Of a stretch of 64,000 bases of DNA, positions 1 to 30,051 are shown in pieces. A program made the position numbers and the translations under genes. The notes below the pieces were generated by a model. That model did not search any database and had not been told where the DNA came from. It saw only the letters and a list, made by a program, of their open reading frames with translations. How positions within the stretch are numbered: position 1 is the stretch's first letter; every line of letters starts with the position of its first letter. Source of the stretch: Sphaerodactylus townsendi (taxonomy: Eukaryota); assembly GCF_021028975.2 (NCBI RefSeq), contig NC_059429.1, positions 80,476,001-80,540,000 of the forward strand. Reading direction: 5' to 3'.

Positions 1-252
1 AAGGAGTTTAATCCAGACGGGGCACCTGGTTAGTTTGAACAGTGTCCACTGTTTTTTATATGGCCTCAGACCATTCTGTTTTATTTTTAAAACCTGGCCT
101 TTTTTGTTAGTTTCATATTTTACCACAGCTAGGAATGAAAAACATTCAAAAGGAAAAAGAGGAAAAACTTTGTTACTCATAAACTGACAAGTACAAAATG
201 CTCAAACAGACAGAAAATAGGGATGAAATAAGAAAAATCCCAAGATATATCA

Positions 253-4936
<4,684 letters not shown>

Positions 4937-5689
4937 TCCAGTTGAACAGTTAGTGCTCGTTTGAGGTGTTTGTTCCAGGTGGGTTGTGTGTTGACCTGCA
5001 GTAAAAGAAAAAAATCTGAGTCCAGTAGCAAACAAAAGGCCAACAAAAGGTCCAGGGCATATGCTTACAGAAGCCAACGCTCCCTTCATCAGGTGGGTGA
5101 TTGGAATTCCAAAGTGACAGCCTATCTGTAGAAAGGATTTTCTTTCCACTTAGTACCAGTAATAGTTTACTGGCCAGGATGGTGGAACTGAACAAGAATT
5201 ATTTTTCACCTTTCCTAACTCATCAAAACACACGGCAAGCTAGTATCACTTTGTAGCTATGCTGTGAACTAAGAAGTCCCCTGTTCAAATATTGCTTCTG
5301 CCTGGACTCCGCAAGGTAGCTTTAGGCAAGCAACCACCTCTTAATCTTTGTTGCAATATGGAGGTAATACTGACCTGCCTTACAGGCTGCTGTTGTAAGG
5401 TTGATTAAAATTATGCATTTATACCCCAACTTTCCAGTAGAAACCTGAAGCTGTTTACATCATTCTCCTCTCCATTTTATCCTCACAACAATCCTGTGAG
5501 GTAAGTTAGGCTAAGTGGAAGCTTGCTGGCCTAAGGTCACCCAGCAAGCTTCCATAGCACAAGCAGGAACTACTTTGATCTCAAAGCGCTATATAAGTAC
5601 TAAATATTATTCCTTCCACCAATTACTACACTGTTTCAGATTCAAGGAAATCAGATCCAAAAATGTGAATTTTACTCCTCTACATTTAC

Positions 5690-5895
5690 CCGATCTCCCC
5701 GATTTATTTAGATTACACTACTTGCTGGACAATCCTGATCTTTCTCTCTGTATGATAGTGGCAGACTTTCTCCTGGAAATTACTAAATGCCAGTAGATTT
5801 CCGCCCACAACATTTATTTCCTGTACTATATATGTTTTTTTAATCAGTTTTTTACTATTGTTGTACTGTTGTCTATGCCAATAAAGGCTTGCTTA
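5690..5895 (+). mobile_element. 5'-truncated LINE 3' end
   Basis: ORF end LLDNPDLSLCMIVADFLLEI, then a U-rich UTR and CCAATAAAGGCTTGCTT. Confidence 0.5.
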
Positions 5896-5908
5896 GAATA
5901 TTATTCCT

Positions 5909-5950
5909 TAAAATAAAATAAAATAAAATAAAATAAAATAAAATAAAATA
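5909..5950. repeat. (TAAAA)n microsatellite
   Basis: About 8 tandem units. Confidence 0.9.
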
Positions 5951-7664
5951 CCATCCAGCCATCTGCTCACTTCCCGGTATCTAGAATTATTTTGTTATTG
6001 GATTAAATGCCTAGCTGCAGAGAGCACTATTCACTTACGTTTGAGGTAGAGTCTTGTTTCTGTACATATAATGCAGTTTAGCACACAGGACAAAAAAATG
6101 AGATACTACCATGTCAGAGTCAGCAATTATTTCTTCAAGCAAAGTGAAATTTACTACAGGTGGCCTGTAATAGTTCATCTTCTATTTGTCTTTTTAGTCT
6201 TTCTTTTCACAACCTTATAGTTATTTCCTTCATCTGTATTTGATAACTATAGCATCAGAGTCAGAATCATTAGCCATGATCCTGCACTGTCCTTGGCCAG
6301 TGACTTCTTAGCAGGCAGTTGTATGAGGTGATCACATTCAATAAGCACAAGAAGTTGTCCTGCTGGAGCCAGACGGAGATCTCCCAGTGGAAACAACATA
6401 ATTGACTAAGAGTGCACATGAACAACCCTGTATTTGCATAGCAATTTTCTTTTGTGATATGTTCATATGTAGTTCAAGAAGAAAATGTTTACCTACATCA
6501 ATAGTGAATTTTGTCATTCTTGTCCTACTTCCAGGGCTTGAGCAAACACAAGGCCCTTTGAATCTTGGATATTCTGCCTTATCGCAACTGGCAGCTTGTC
6601 CCCTTAGACTTTGTGGTATCTGATTCTAAAGGCCTAACCTTTTATACATTTCAGGCCCTTTTTGCTGCTCCACAGTACAGGCAAAGGTCTGTTTAACCAC
6701 CAGCCCCAAAAGTAAGCATCTGAACTGTGTTTCAGCCAAAGCCTTTGTCACAAATCACTGAGAAGGAGTGAGTTTAAGAGTGCTTTGCCCGTGTCTTTCA
6801 GGGGAATATATCAGCAGGTACAGTCAATATTACTGGTCCTTCAGTTCTTGAGCTATTCAGAATTTGGCTATCCCATTAAGAGTTGGTTTCTGATCAGGAC
6901 TGACTATTTATAACCATTGTCAGCCAACTGTACTAAGAAAAATTAAATCATTTGTTACCAAGGGCAATGCAGAATGCTTCTGTTGTGTTATCTACACCTG
7001 TTATGGAAGAATGTGATATTAAAAAAATCCAAATTGCTAATTTAAAAAGGAGGGTTTTTATGTTTCTTGCTTTTCATAAGACCTAGCCAGGTATAATATG
7101 TAAAAAACGTTATATGATGGTTATTTCTATCGTGGACATGCTAATAGGCTTGCCAAGATCTGGAGAAAAATGCCTGTTACTTTAATACAGATTTAATGTG
7201 ATGTTATTTCTCTCTATGCCATGAAAAGTTTCAAGTGACCTTTTCTACAAATTAAGCTTCTACTGAAAGAAAAGGCCTGTCGGCAACCCTGCAACTGAAA
7301 GCATTTTGAAAAGACTATCAATATCTGGTAATGAAAAGGTGAACAACTTTACAGGCCGTACTTTGACACACTTTAATTCTACACAATTAATAGTCACTTG
7401 GATATCATTTTGATAAACATGGCAGATACTATAGCTAATGAAGACAATGTATTTAGTTATACAATATTGACTTATTAGAGATAGGTAGCTTTCTATTTAC
7501 TTGGTACGACATTATCAAAGACATTTGTACTGTTCTGAGGACAAGAAACGCACAAAAGCCACATTTTCAAGGTTTTGGTAAGAACTGCTCTGAGTGACCA
7601 CAGATTGTTTACATCTCTAAAAGGTAACCTGATCAGTTGGTCTTGCATACTACAGTAATCTTAC

Positions 7665-7769
7665 CTGTCAAAGGTGTTTGCAGACAGCAGATACCAAAAA
7701 GAACCCTTTGAAAACAAGTCAGTGTCTCAGACTCAAAATGACTTTATCAGTTCACAAGTATCATCTTGC
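7665..7769 (-). other. candidate 5'UTR exon of KCTD20
   Basis: Strong acceptor (ctttctctttctattAG) and donor (ACAG|GTAAGA); stops in all three frames. Confidence 0.5.
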
Positions 7770-7959
7770 CTAATAGAAAGAGAAAGTGGGACAAATAGGT
7801 GTAACTAGGGAAAATCAAAACTAGGTTTTTAGAAGCACAGCCCCCTATTTTTGTCCTTATTGTTACAGACATAGCACTGCTAATAATCTTCTCTTTTTAA
7901 CCATAAAACAGCTTGATCTGAGATACAAAATACTGGCATGAGAGCTTCAGATTGTGACA

Positions 7960-8660
7960 AATCCTGCGAGCCATGTCACGGTTTGTACCGGACAGACTCA
8001 CGCTGGCTTCTCATAATCGCTTAACAAAGGATTTAGCAGCGTCTGCCCCCAGCCCTTGTTTCCTGGCCGTCTTGCAGTGCTCTACTAGGCAAAGCTATCG
8101 GAAGGCCTACAGTAAACATGGACGGGAGCCTTTCCAACAGGAAACCATGCAGGGTGTTTATCCGCCAAAGCAAAGACTGTGCTTCCAAACTACCTGCATT
8201 TGTAACTTCATCCACTGAACTGTCCCAGTTCTTTAGCATTCTAATATTTGCGACTTTAAACTTGTCCTTTCCCCGACACGTCTTCATTATGTAATCTGCA
8301 TTTCAAGTGCCAGAAATCTCCGGAGTTTCTAAAAGCTGCTTGGCTTTCCGTTCCAGGCCTTAACCAAACATATCCATAGAGAACTTGGGACCATCGGAAA
8401 CACGGCTCCAAACTATTTCAAATCCTATTTCCGGAACGCAGTTCTCCCACAAAGATTCTTTTGTAGAGCAAATTAAATATACTCCACTTACCTATGCTGA
8501 ATGCACAAATGGTCGCCGCTGACAAAATCGCACAGAAATCTTGAAATCTGTCATTGTAAGAACGGGTTACGGGCACGAACCTACACAGCAGACCAGAGCA
8601 GCCGAGAGTTAAAATTGCAGCGATCAAACTCTCCTCCCCCTGTCTTAAAACCCCGGTAGT
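7960..8660 (-). promoter_or_regulatory. CpG-enriched region, probable KCTD20 promoter/first exon (donor CAG|GTAGTT at 8194)
   Basis: Roughly 25-30 CpGs in about 700 bp of moderate GC against a CpG-depleted background, with several CCGGA/CGGAA ETS-like cores. Confidence 0.5.
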
Positions 8661-9149
8661 GATGCATGTAAATATTTCAAATTAAGAGTCCCCTGCCAGC
8701 TCATACACAAGAGAGACAGCACTTGCCAACACTCAGTGCTAAGGTTTTGTTGAAACGACAATAATATGAATTCACGTGGGATGTCTTAAAAATATCCCTC
8801 AGAAGAGCTCCACTTTTCACTCCTGTTCCAGAACCTAAGACTACACAACTCCTTCCTGATTCAACATGGTCAAGTTTTATACATTTATGTAGCGAGTAGC
8901 GACACCATCTTGCCAATATGAACCCAATTCCAAGAGGCTAGATTTTAAAGGGAACCCCTATCGGACTGGTGTGTAAGAACATCAAACAGACCAATTAAAA
9001 TATCACAAAGCTGTTTACTACCTTTTCACTTCTCCATGATTCTTCATGAGGCCAGATGTTCAGTACCGAAAAAAAGGAGGCATGGGGAGCAAAGCAATAC
9101 TTTCAGAGCATGGTGGGAAAGGATAGTCTGTAGCCTATCCTTGTAACAT

Positions 9150-9765
9150 GGATGAGAGAATCTAAACCAAGGGACATTTTCAGTCAGAAAATTATAAAGT
9201 GTTTTACTTTGGAAATTACAAACAGAAGAACGGGAGTTGTTCTAACAGTGAGGCAAGATGTAGCAAAAGCAGTCAGGGACTATAATGCAAAATCTGACCA
9301 AATAATATCAATCAGACTTCCCAGAAAGCTGATCAATACAATTATCATTCAAGTTATTCTCCAACTACAAATGTTGACAAAGAAGAAAATGAAAACTTTT
9401 ACGCAAGAGTCCAGGAAGAAATTGATCACACACCTAAACAAAATGTATTTATAATCATAGATGGCTAGAATGCAAAAGTAGGACTCAAAGTAGAATTAAA
9501 TATTGTTGGAAGATTTGGAGTAAAAGTACAAAATGAAGCGGTAGATATTTATTTATTGTGAACATGTTTCAGATAGCCAGACAATTATATTCATTAACAT
9601 TATCAAATGGCCAATAAAATATTTATATCATTGGAAGCAGAAGAAGGAGAAGCTTATTCTCTCTGCTAAAACAAGACCAAAGCTGATTATGGTACAGACA
9701 ATGAATTCCTGTATCAACAGTTATGGTACAGACCATGAACTACTATATTGATAATTAGAATAATG
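9150..9765 (+). mobile_element. RTE/BovB-like LINE fragment (AP endonuclease)
   Basis: RTGVVLTVRQDVAKAV.DYNAKSDQIISIRL..NTIIIQV..FYARVQEEIDHTPKQ..NAKVG, with frameshifts. Confidence 0.8.
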
Positions 9766-10639
9766 CTTTTCAAGAACTTCTTGCTTCAGCTCTGCTGATT
9801 CTTCACCTCTCCCATCATGGAAGTTAAGAAGGACAAGACAAGACAACCTTAATGACACAGTAAGTTAAGAAGGGCTCTGACCTTTTCAAGAAGTATGTAA
9901 CTTGCACTTCGAAAATGGCTAACACTGATAGTCATAAGGAGTGCCTCCAGTGATTCTATCTTCAACTTCTTTGGCAAGGCCTTTGCCTTGTCTCTCACCA
10001 AAGACCATGCAGGATAGGACCTAAAGGCAGCCCTATATAAAAAAAATCTCTGTCTCCTTCGAGCGCTATAGAGCAAGGGGAGAAGAGGGCTTGTTCCCCA
10101 GCCTCTGTTTCTGTCCCTCCTCGCAAAACCTTTGAGATTTTTTCTGACCTGGTGTCAGGGGGATGCTATCTAGTTGATTGAGAGGCATTCCCAGAACCAT
10201 GTGCTGGCTTAAAATAACACATCGCTGCTGCAATTGAGGTATATGTAACCAGCCTGCTATATGTAACCACTGTCATCTGCACATTCTTCCCTTGATCTTT
10301 GCTTGATGGCTTCACACACTCCACCTGTAGACAACTAGGTTTCCCCTGGCCCTCATATCCCATGGGGACACCTCCTTTCTTCACAATTCTTCTTCTTATG
10401 ACCCTTCTTTTGAGGGGGCTCTGAAGCAGCCCAGGTGTTAGGTCTCAGACCCTTAAGCCAACAAATGGACTCTGAAGTATTGATCAGTAGCGTTCATTGA
10501 GCAGGCATTGAAGTACCACACAAGCAAAGATAGTTCTGCTGAAGTTTGAATTCACAGTTCCCTTTATTCCCAAAGCAAGCCCCCCTCCCATTTTTCCAGG
10601 AATTTGTGAAAAACAATATTTGGAACTTTCATCTTAGTT

Positions 10640-11830
10640 TGGATTCTTTCCCCTCTTTTCTCATCCACTCTGCAAGTATTGTCTCAAAGGTTTGCAAAAT
10701 ATGCATCCCCACCTGTTAAGAGACCTATGCCACAGTGGAGTTTGACTCTGGTTCTCACTGGGTTAATGGGACTCCCCTTTGAATTTATGACCTGCAGTGA
10801 CTTATCACTCCTGTTCTATAAGACCGCCTTCCTCATTGCCATCATTTCTGCTAGTATTGGGAGAGACCTGAGGGCTCTCAAGTGCGATCCAGCTTTTAAT
10901 AAATTCCAGCAAGAAAAGATGGCGTTCCGTTTCAGCCTGGAGCATTTGCCTAAGGTGGTTTCAGCATTCCACATGGGTTAGGACATTGTGTTGCTGGTGT
11001 TCTTCCCCAAACTGTCTTCTCCAGTGGAGCAGTCCCTGGTAGCCCTGATAGAACTACACAGGGCATTGCTTTTCTATCTGCATCATATTGCAGACATGAG
11101 GAAGGACAATAATTTTTTTTCATTTGTTTTAGGGGACCACATAAAGGCAAGCTGTAGGTACGCAAACCCTTTCCAGGTGGTGTCCATTGGACGTTCACAC
11201 TCACTCCACCAGAATACAAGCAGTGTCAGTTGCCTGGGTATCAAATGTACACATTTAAGACATTTGCAGGGTGACCACATGTTCCTCACTGATGACTTCC
11301 TTTTGACGCTATTTGGTGGAAATTGACTCTTGCAGGGAGACTGCAGTGGGCAAAGCAGTTCTGCAGGCATTAGTCAAATAGACAGCCACCACCAGGTTAC
11401 TTGAACTTGCTAGTCTCCCAGTATGGGGCTGCACAGAATACTTATAAAGATTAAATACAGTATTGTACTTATCCATAAAACTGTAGTTCATCAGGTGGGT
11501 TTCTGTGCAGACACACATCCCTCCCTCTTACGCTGCCATGGGCTACTACTTTTTGCTGCACTGCAACTGGCTTTTCAGATCTTCCTTGTCTAGCTGTGGC
11601 AGTGGTAGAAGAATGGAAGGAATAGCACTTCTCCTCCCATCACATAACCATTTGAGTGGGGGTGTTTCCTCCCAAGGGGAGTGGGAGTGAGTGTTTCTCA
11701 GATCTGCAGAGCAGATGGAAAGCTTGTTAATCTTTCCATGGCAGAACTGCACAAGCCCAGTCCCAATGTGTGTCTGCACAGAAACCCACTCAATGAACTA
11801 CAGTTACATAGGTAAGTGCAACACTGTATA
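10640..11830 (+). mobile_element. old DIRS remnant: degenerate YR, ICR and 3' ITR
   Basis: PPVKRPMPQWSLTLVL..YKTAFLIAI..LPKVVSAFH..LHRALLFYL, with stops and frameshifts; about 11457-11519 is an inverted repeat of about 11766-11829. Confidence 0.85.
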
Positions 11831-11844
11831 CTTGCATTATTAAG

Positions 11845-12390
11845 AATGGGAACTAGTAGAACTATGGGTTGAAACCAAAGATAGTGTCAAGGAAGAATGC
11901 ACAAAGACTACTCCTGCAGCCAAAAGAAATGAGCCTCTACTTATGAAACGCTTAAAATTGCTAAAGAAAGACGAGAAGCAAAAGTTAAAAGTGACAGACA
12001 TAGAATCAGAATACAGCATTGCAGAAACAGGCACATAGATACTATTCTAATAATCAGTGTAAGGAAATAGAACAGCAAAACAGGAAGAATAAGATCCAAG
12101 AAATCAAAAGGAAATTGAAAGCAGTTAGTCATGCTGAAAGATCAACACAGAAATAGATTAACTGAACAGGAAAAAGTAAAAAAAAAGATGAGAATAATAC
12201 ACTAAAGAATGTTGCAGAGGGGGTGAAAGGATGACAGATTCATTCAAAGAAGAAACTTTTGAAGAAGAACCTACAGTTTTAGAAAATGAAAACTGTACTT
12301 GGAGCAATTGGGAGAAACAAATCACCAGGAGTACATGGAATATCAATAGAGCTATTCAAAGCCATAAAAAAAGGAGTTCATCAAAATCAC
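11845..12390 (+). mobile_element. RTE/BovB-like LINE fragment (continuation of 9150-9765)
   Basis: ELWVETKDSVKEECTK..YETLKIAKERREAKVK..NSKTGRIR; A-rich and degenerate. Confidence 0.7.
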
Positions 12391-13986
12391 AGACCCAAGG
12401 TGCCTGAAGTCAGCCTATAATGGGGGTCAAAACCAAAGGTGGTCTTAGGGACTTTTGGCAATATGTGCCCTCTCCTAAAGAGAAATATTCAGTCTCAAGG
12501 CCCTATTACTGTCTGCCTCAGGGGCAAACTGCTGGCACATTTTACAGGTCGAGACATTTTGACCCTTACCTAGGTACATAAGGTACAATTCATGCTCACT
12601 GTCTCAGTATTTGGATGCCCTGCCTGAGGATAAGTGAGCCCTTGCAAAACTGATCCAACCTGAAGCTATTCACCTGTCCAAACCAGAAATCAATGCTGGC
12701 AGGCATGCATCAGATTCTTCTGCAAGATCTGTAGCCTCTGCAAAGTTTTGCATGACCTCTCCTGTTTCTAGATTATAGCCCTGCCTTTGAATATCCACTG
12801 TAAAAGTGGAGGATTTGTTGTTTGAAGGACAAACACTGTTTTCCAACTCCATTGATTACTTCCTCTCAACTAAGAACAACAACAGATAGCCAAATCACTG
12901 GGGTTTATACGTTCTGCACACCCAACAGCAGAGCTACTCATCCTTCTGTTATATGAGTCTGAGTGTCAAGAGAGAAGTCATCTTTTGAGGAAATTTCCAC
13001 TGTAAAAATTCATCCTTTTTTTTGCTCTAGTTTGTTAGTAGCAAATATCAGTTAACATGCCCTTTCTTCAGGCCTACTAACTAGCTCACCAGATTCAGTT
13101 GGGGGTAGGGAGAGGGAGAAATTTGCTTTGCTTCCAGAATCTTTCTCAGAGTCAGCGCAATGCTTGGTTAGAGAAGGTCTGAAGGTCTGTGGTCCATGTT
13201 TCTATAAGGTTTTCAATCCATTCCTTTCTAATTCCCCTTTCTAATTCCCCTTTTCCTTAAGCTGTAGCTGCATGGAGTTTTGCTGCCTGCTTTGGGAATT
13301 TTGCTAGAATCCTCATGAGTTAAGAGTTACACTTAAGTAAAGGTACCTAGATAGCCAGTTTTATTAGCTGGAGCCCTACGGGGAAGTAAAGGTACCTAGA
13401 TAGCCAGTTTTATTAGCTGGAGCCCCCCGTAGCCAGAGCCCTACGGGGATGGGGCGGTATAATAAATCGAAAAAATAAATAAAAATAAATAAATAAATAA
13501 AGGTATATTGCTGTGAGTTATCAGATCAAACCTAGATTAAGCTTGGTTACAATACTGTAGAGAAGCTTGCTCCAGGGTCCCAGTTTGGAGAAATCTCCTG
13601 GATTAAAGTGAGTCAGCCTTGACACCGAGGTGGACCCAGATGCAGCAGCCTTTGTCTGAACAGTAGCAGCCGGCATCATTCCACAAGAAGAGACGTTTGT
13701 CCAGGTCAGGGTCTCAACCTAATTTTTCCAAAGAGCCCTCTCAAAAATTCTCCCTACTTATGTATCCTGCCTGGGGCACCCTGAATTTTAGGAAGAGACT
13801 TGTGCCCTTCTATCAGCATGGCAAAAACATTTCTTTGGACTCCTGGGTTCTATCCAAAGTTCAAAATGGTTATAAGTTAGAATTTAAGTCACTGCCATCA
13901 TGTGAGCTTCCCTTGCATGTAGTGTACGACACCTTTCTTAAGTTAGGTTTGCAGGAAAATGGCTGTTGGTGAAGAATACTGTAGAG

Positions 13987-14217
13987 CAGTGGTTCTCAAC
14001 CTGGGGGTCAGGACCCCTTTGGGGGTCGAACGACCTTTTCACAGGGGTCGCCTAAGACTCTCTGCATCAGTTCTCCATCTGTAAAATGGATAATGTTCTC
14101 CATCTGTAAAATGGATAATGTTAGGGTTGGGGTCACCACAACATGAGGGTTGGGGATCACCACAACATGAGGAACTGTATTAAAGGGTCGCGGCACTAGG
14201 AAGGTTGGGAACCAGTG
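13987..14217. mobile_element. SPIN-like hAT MITE (different internal part)
   Basis: Same ends as 849-1044, with two internal tandem duplications. Confidence 0.82.
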
Positions 14218-14301
14218 CTGTGCCTGTACATGCAGATTCCCAATTATGAAGCTTCTATTCTAGGTTCTTCCTAGTAGGCAAGGAGGATGGAGGGTCTAGA
14301 C

Positions 14302-14458
14302 CAGTGTTTCCCAACAGGGGGTGCATACCCCCCCTCCCCCCCGGTGTATGCGCCAGAGTATTTAGGAGTATGCCAAAAATTATGTAATGTTAACTAATAT
14401 GGAGGTACAATTTTATGGAAATGGGTAGCCAAGGGTACATGAGTGAAAAAAAAAACTG
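14302..14458. mobile_element. short hAT MITE
   Basis: CAGTGTTTCCCAAC start and degenerate AAACTG end, flanked by ctagac repeats. Confidence 0.55.
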
Positions 14459-14685
14459 CTAGACCAGTCCCTGACCTTCACAGATTAAACAAGGTTTTGC
14501 ACATCACCAAGTTCAAAATGCTCATGTTATCAGTGGTTTTTGGATTCTTAAAAATAAATGTGGTTTGTTGTCTTGGATTTAAAATGTTTTTTAAATGTAT
14601 TCATCTATGAGGGACATCTCAGACAGTGCTAGTTCAACATAAGGATGGTGTTTTCCAGTGCACATCTCTCCCCTTTGACTTAGCT

Positions 14686-15329
14686 CAGGGGTCCCCAAAC
14701 TACGGCCCGAGGGCCAAATGTGGCCCCCTGAAGGCATTTATCCGGCCCGCCAGGCATGGCGGTGATGGCTCCATTCATGTGCAATGGGGGCTCGAGGGAG
14801 AGGAGGAACCGGCCTCAACGGCTGTTGATTGCAGTTACATGATGGCACCCCCAAATCTCCATGAATTTTCTGACCCAGAGTTGGAAACCTTACATGTGGC
14901 AATGCCTGCTCCGCCCTTCCCTCTCAGCTACTCCATGTGTTGCTCTCAGGCTTTCTGTTCCGCCTCACTCCCATTGGCATCAGCCAGGCTGGCGAATCGC
15001 TCGCTGGCTGCTAGGGAGGAAAGAACCCAGGAAGATACCTGATCCTGGGTTAGATGGAATGTTTCATTGGGAAAGTGCTGCTTTTTTTTTTTTTTTACAA
15101 GGGAAGGTATTCCACAGCCTCCCCAACAATATTTGGAGCCCACCCTGTACTTGACATACTTTGGTCACTGTTCTAAAAATAGACCATGACAGAAAGGCTG
15201 AAAGGTGAAATCAAACATTTTACAATCATTTGTGCATAGGAATTTGTTCATAGTTTTTTTTAGTCCGGCCCTCCAACAGTCTGAGGGACAGTGAGCTGGC
15301 CCCCTGTTTAAAAAGTTTGGGGACCCCTG
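14686..15329. mobile_element. OC1/hAT2-like non-autonomous hAT
   Basis: Perfect TIR CAGGGGTCCCCAAACT and perfect 8-bp TSD acttagct (14678-14685, 15330-15337). Confidence 0.88.
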
Positions 15330-15831
15330 ACTTAGCTCATAGTGCCCAGGTTTTCTACTAAGTGCATGGGCAGTGGGCACTGTGGTAGCCCAGTTGAGAA
15401 TGAAGGGTTGGTCAATCTTCCCATACTTAGATAGCCGGCTTATTACAGCTCCCAAAGGTTTGCTCATCCGGCTCAGACTGTTTCGGTCACATGGACTTTT
15501 TGTCGGAGGATCCTGCAAATTACAGTAACCCAGATTAACGCACTGTCGAGATCGACTCCTGCTGCCCTTTGGCAGCCTCGCCTCGCCTCGCCTCGCAAAA
15601 GAGGCTCTGCGATCTCCTTGCGGTTGCAGCTGTTTTTCGGTCCAAACTCCGCCGCGCTCAGATCCGGCTAGTTTCATTTTTATTTTCGTTTCCTGGAAGG
15701 CCAGACTCGGAGCCCACGCTGCTCGGCAGTTGCCTTCTAGCAGATCCAGAGGATAACTTTGTGCGGAGGAGGAGAGCGTGGCATCCAGAAATTCCCAGCC
15801 CCCTGAAGCAGAGGCTCCACCTCCACCTTTC

Positions 15832-29861
<14,030 letters not shown>

Positions 29862-30051
29862 AAGCCTTTCTAGGTATAGTTGGCACCAAGAAGTTGTGTT
29901 GTGCAAAGGCTTGAAATGACAAAGTGAAGTAAAGAGATGTCTCGGGGCTTCTCTCTGCTGTAGTGTATCCATAGCTCAGATGGATAGTAGAGGGTTTCTG
30001 TCTCCTTCCTCGCTGATCATCTGCTTTGAAAATGCTCCTTTGTGAGTTCAT

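Larger units (their letters stand above)
13650..15500 (+). mobile_element. old DIRS remnant (gag end/RT), interrupted by three hAT elements
   Basis: RLVPFYQHG..DSWVLSKVQNGYKLEFKSLP; FQCTSLPFDL resumes after the hAT insertion with ..VVAQLRMKG..IFPYLD. Confidence 0.75.
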
